Part shown: piece after piece, positions 62,971 to 64,000 of the stretch
Layout: the number at the start of each line of letters is the position of its first letter
How positions within the stretch are numbered: position 1 is the first letter of the stretch
Source: Heptranchias perlo
Taxonomy: Eukaryota
Length of the DNA: 64,000 nt
Assembly: GCF_035084215.1 (NCBI RefSeq)
Contig: NC_090352.1
Span: forward strand, 33,108,001 to 33,172,000
Reading direction: 5' to 3'
Translations under genes and position numbers: made by a program
The notes under the pieces: model-generated
The model's input: the letters and a program-made list of their open reading frames with translations, nothing else
Database searches by the model: none
Told to the model about the DNA's origin: nothing

Positions 62971-64000
62971 CTGCCCTCAGATTGTGGACTTACACTTCAA
63001 AAATGATGAATCATATTGGTATATTTTTGGAACATGTGCAACGTGATTTTCTTTTGCGTAAAGTGTCCAAATGGCTTTCAAAAGAGGAATAGTTTGTCTT
63101 CTGTGTGTTGGTTTTATTTTTAAAGGGACCTTGGAGCACTTCGGTCCTGGTGTAACATTTATGTTGCCCTTTGTACTGTACTTCACTGTCAGATATTTAT
63201 TTCATCTGTGCAGCATAACACTGCCATTGCTTAGTGTAAGCAAAACTCGCTGTAAGAGGTGACCTCACCTTTTTAATTCACACTGCTGTTAGTGCAAAAC
63301 CCACTCATTTAGCTCGGACAACTCCGTGTCACCATTCTAGTTTTTTTTTGAGTGGTTGAAAATAGATGACTACATAATTTGCTGGCAGTAATCCAAGGCC
63401 AGAAAGCATCACACTGTACGTATGTTTGAGCGAGCATGCATGCACGCATAGAACTCTATCATCTCCCACTTCATAGCAAGTGAGTGGGTAGCATGAATAC
63501 ATCTCCCCACTTGTAACAAATGCTGTCAGCACTGCACCAGCAAGTGCAATAGGAGTAAAAATAAATTCATTTTTATGCCAGGGTTTTATTAAGAAACATA
63601 GATATGCCCATTAACTGTGTGGGCCAATGTAAAACCTGGAATTGGCCCTGGTAGAAGACAAAACTGTGTTCTGTCATAAAGATTACTGGAGTTCAAGATA
63701 AAAGAAAGAACTGGCATTTGTTTCGCACCTTTCAGGACATCCCAAAGCGCTTCACAGCCAAAGATACCCAAATGTGAACAGATCCATGCCACGATACTTA
63801 CTCTGATTTCAGTTTAGTTAATCACCAGTGCTAACTGTAGATGAACAAACAGTTGTATGCATTAAATTGATTGGTACAATTGGACATTAAAGGTTCAAGG
63901 TCGTTATGACATTTTAGTTTTCTGGCATGCAAGTGCAACATACCACAAAACAAAAAGCAGGACTACATTGGGGGACAGTGTGCACTTTGTGAAGTGTTAA

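Overview
This is vertebrate genomic DNA, most likely from a cartilaginous fish. That assignment is inferred from the repeat content (shark-type CR1/L2 LINEs, Deu-domain SINEs, Penelope elements); the species cannot be determined from sequence alone. The + strand carries five consecutive coding exons of neurofibromin (NF1; legacy exons 24, 25, 26, 27a, 27b; GAP-related domain into the Sec14 linker), all with GT-AG boundaries and consistent phases. These are followed by >51 kb of the large 'intron 27b', which runs off the window. That intron contains three antisense genes with single coding exons, in the human order: OMG (469 aa), EVI2B (376 aa) and EVI2A (261 aa). Each has a candidate non-coding first exon and polyA signal. 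The rest is mostly transposon debris: a disabled Penelope-like retroelement, many CR1 and L2 fragments, SINEs and a hAT MITE. Three signals stand out. (i) Shark EVI2A has a tandem array of acidic Tyr (sulfation-like) mucin repeats, a juxtamembrane Cys and a PSGL-1-like TM/tail, while shark EVI2B has CD43-like tail motifs; this suggests the nested EVI2A-EVI2B pair is a paralogous PSGL-1/CD43-type leukocyte mucin cassette. (ii) Penelope-derived minimal hammerhead ribozymes are intact only antisense to NF1. (iii) The EVI2A frame stays open for 60 codons past its TGA. Comparisons with human proteins are from recall, not from database searches. No prokaryotic features (CRISPR, rRNA, operons) are present.
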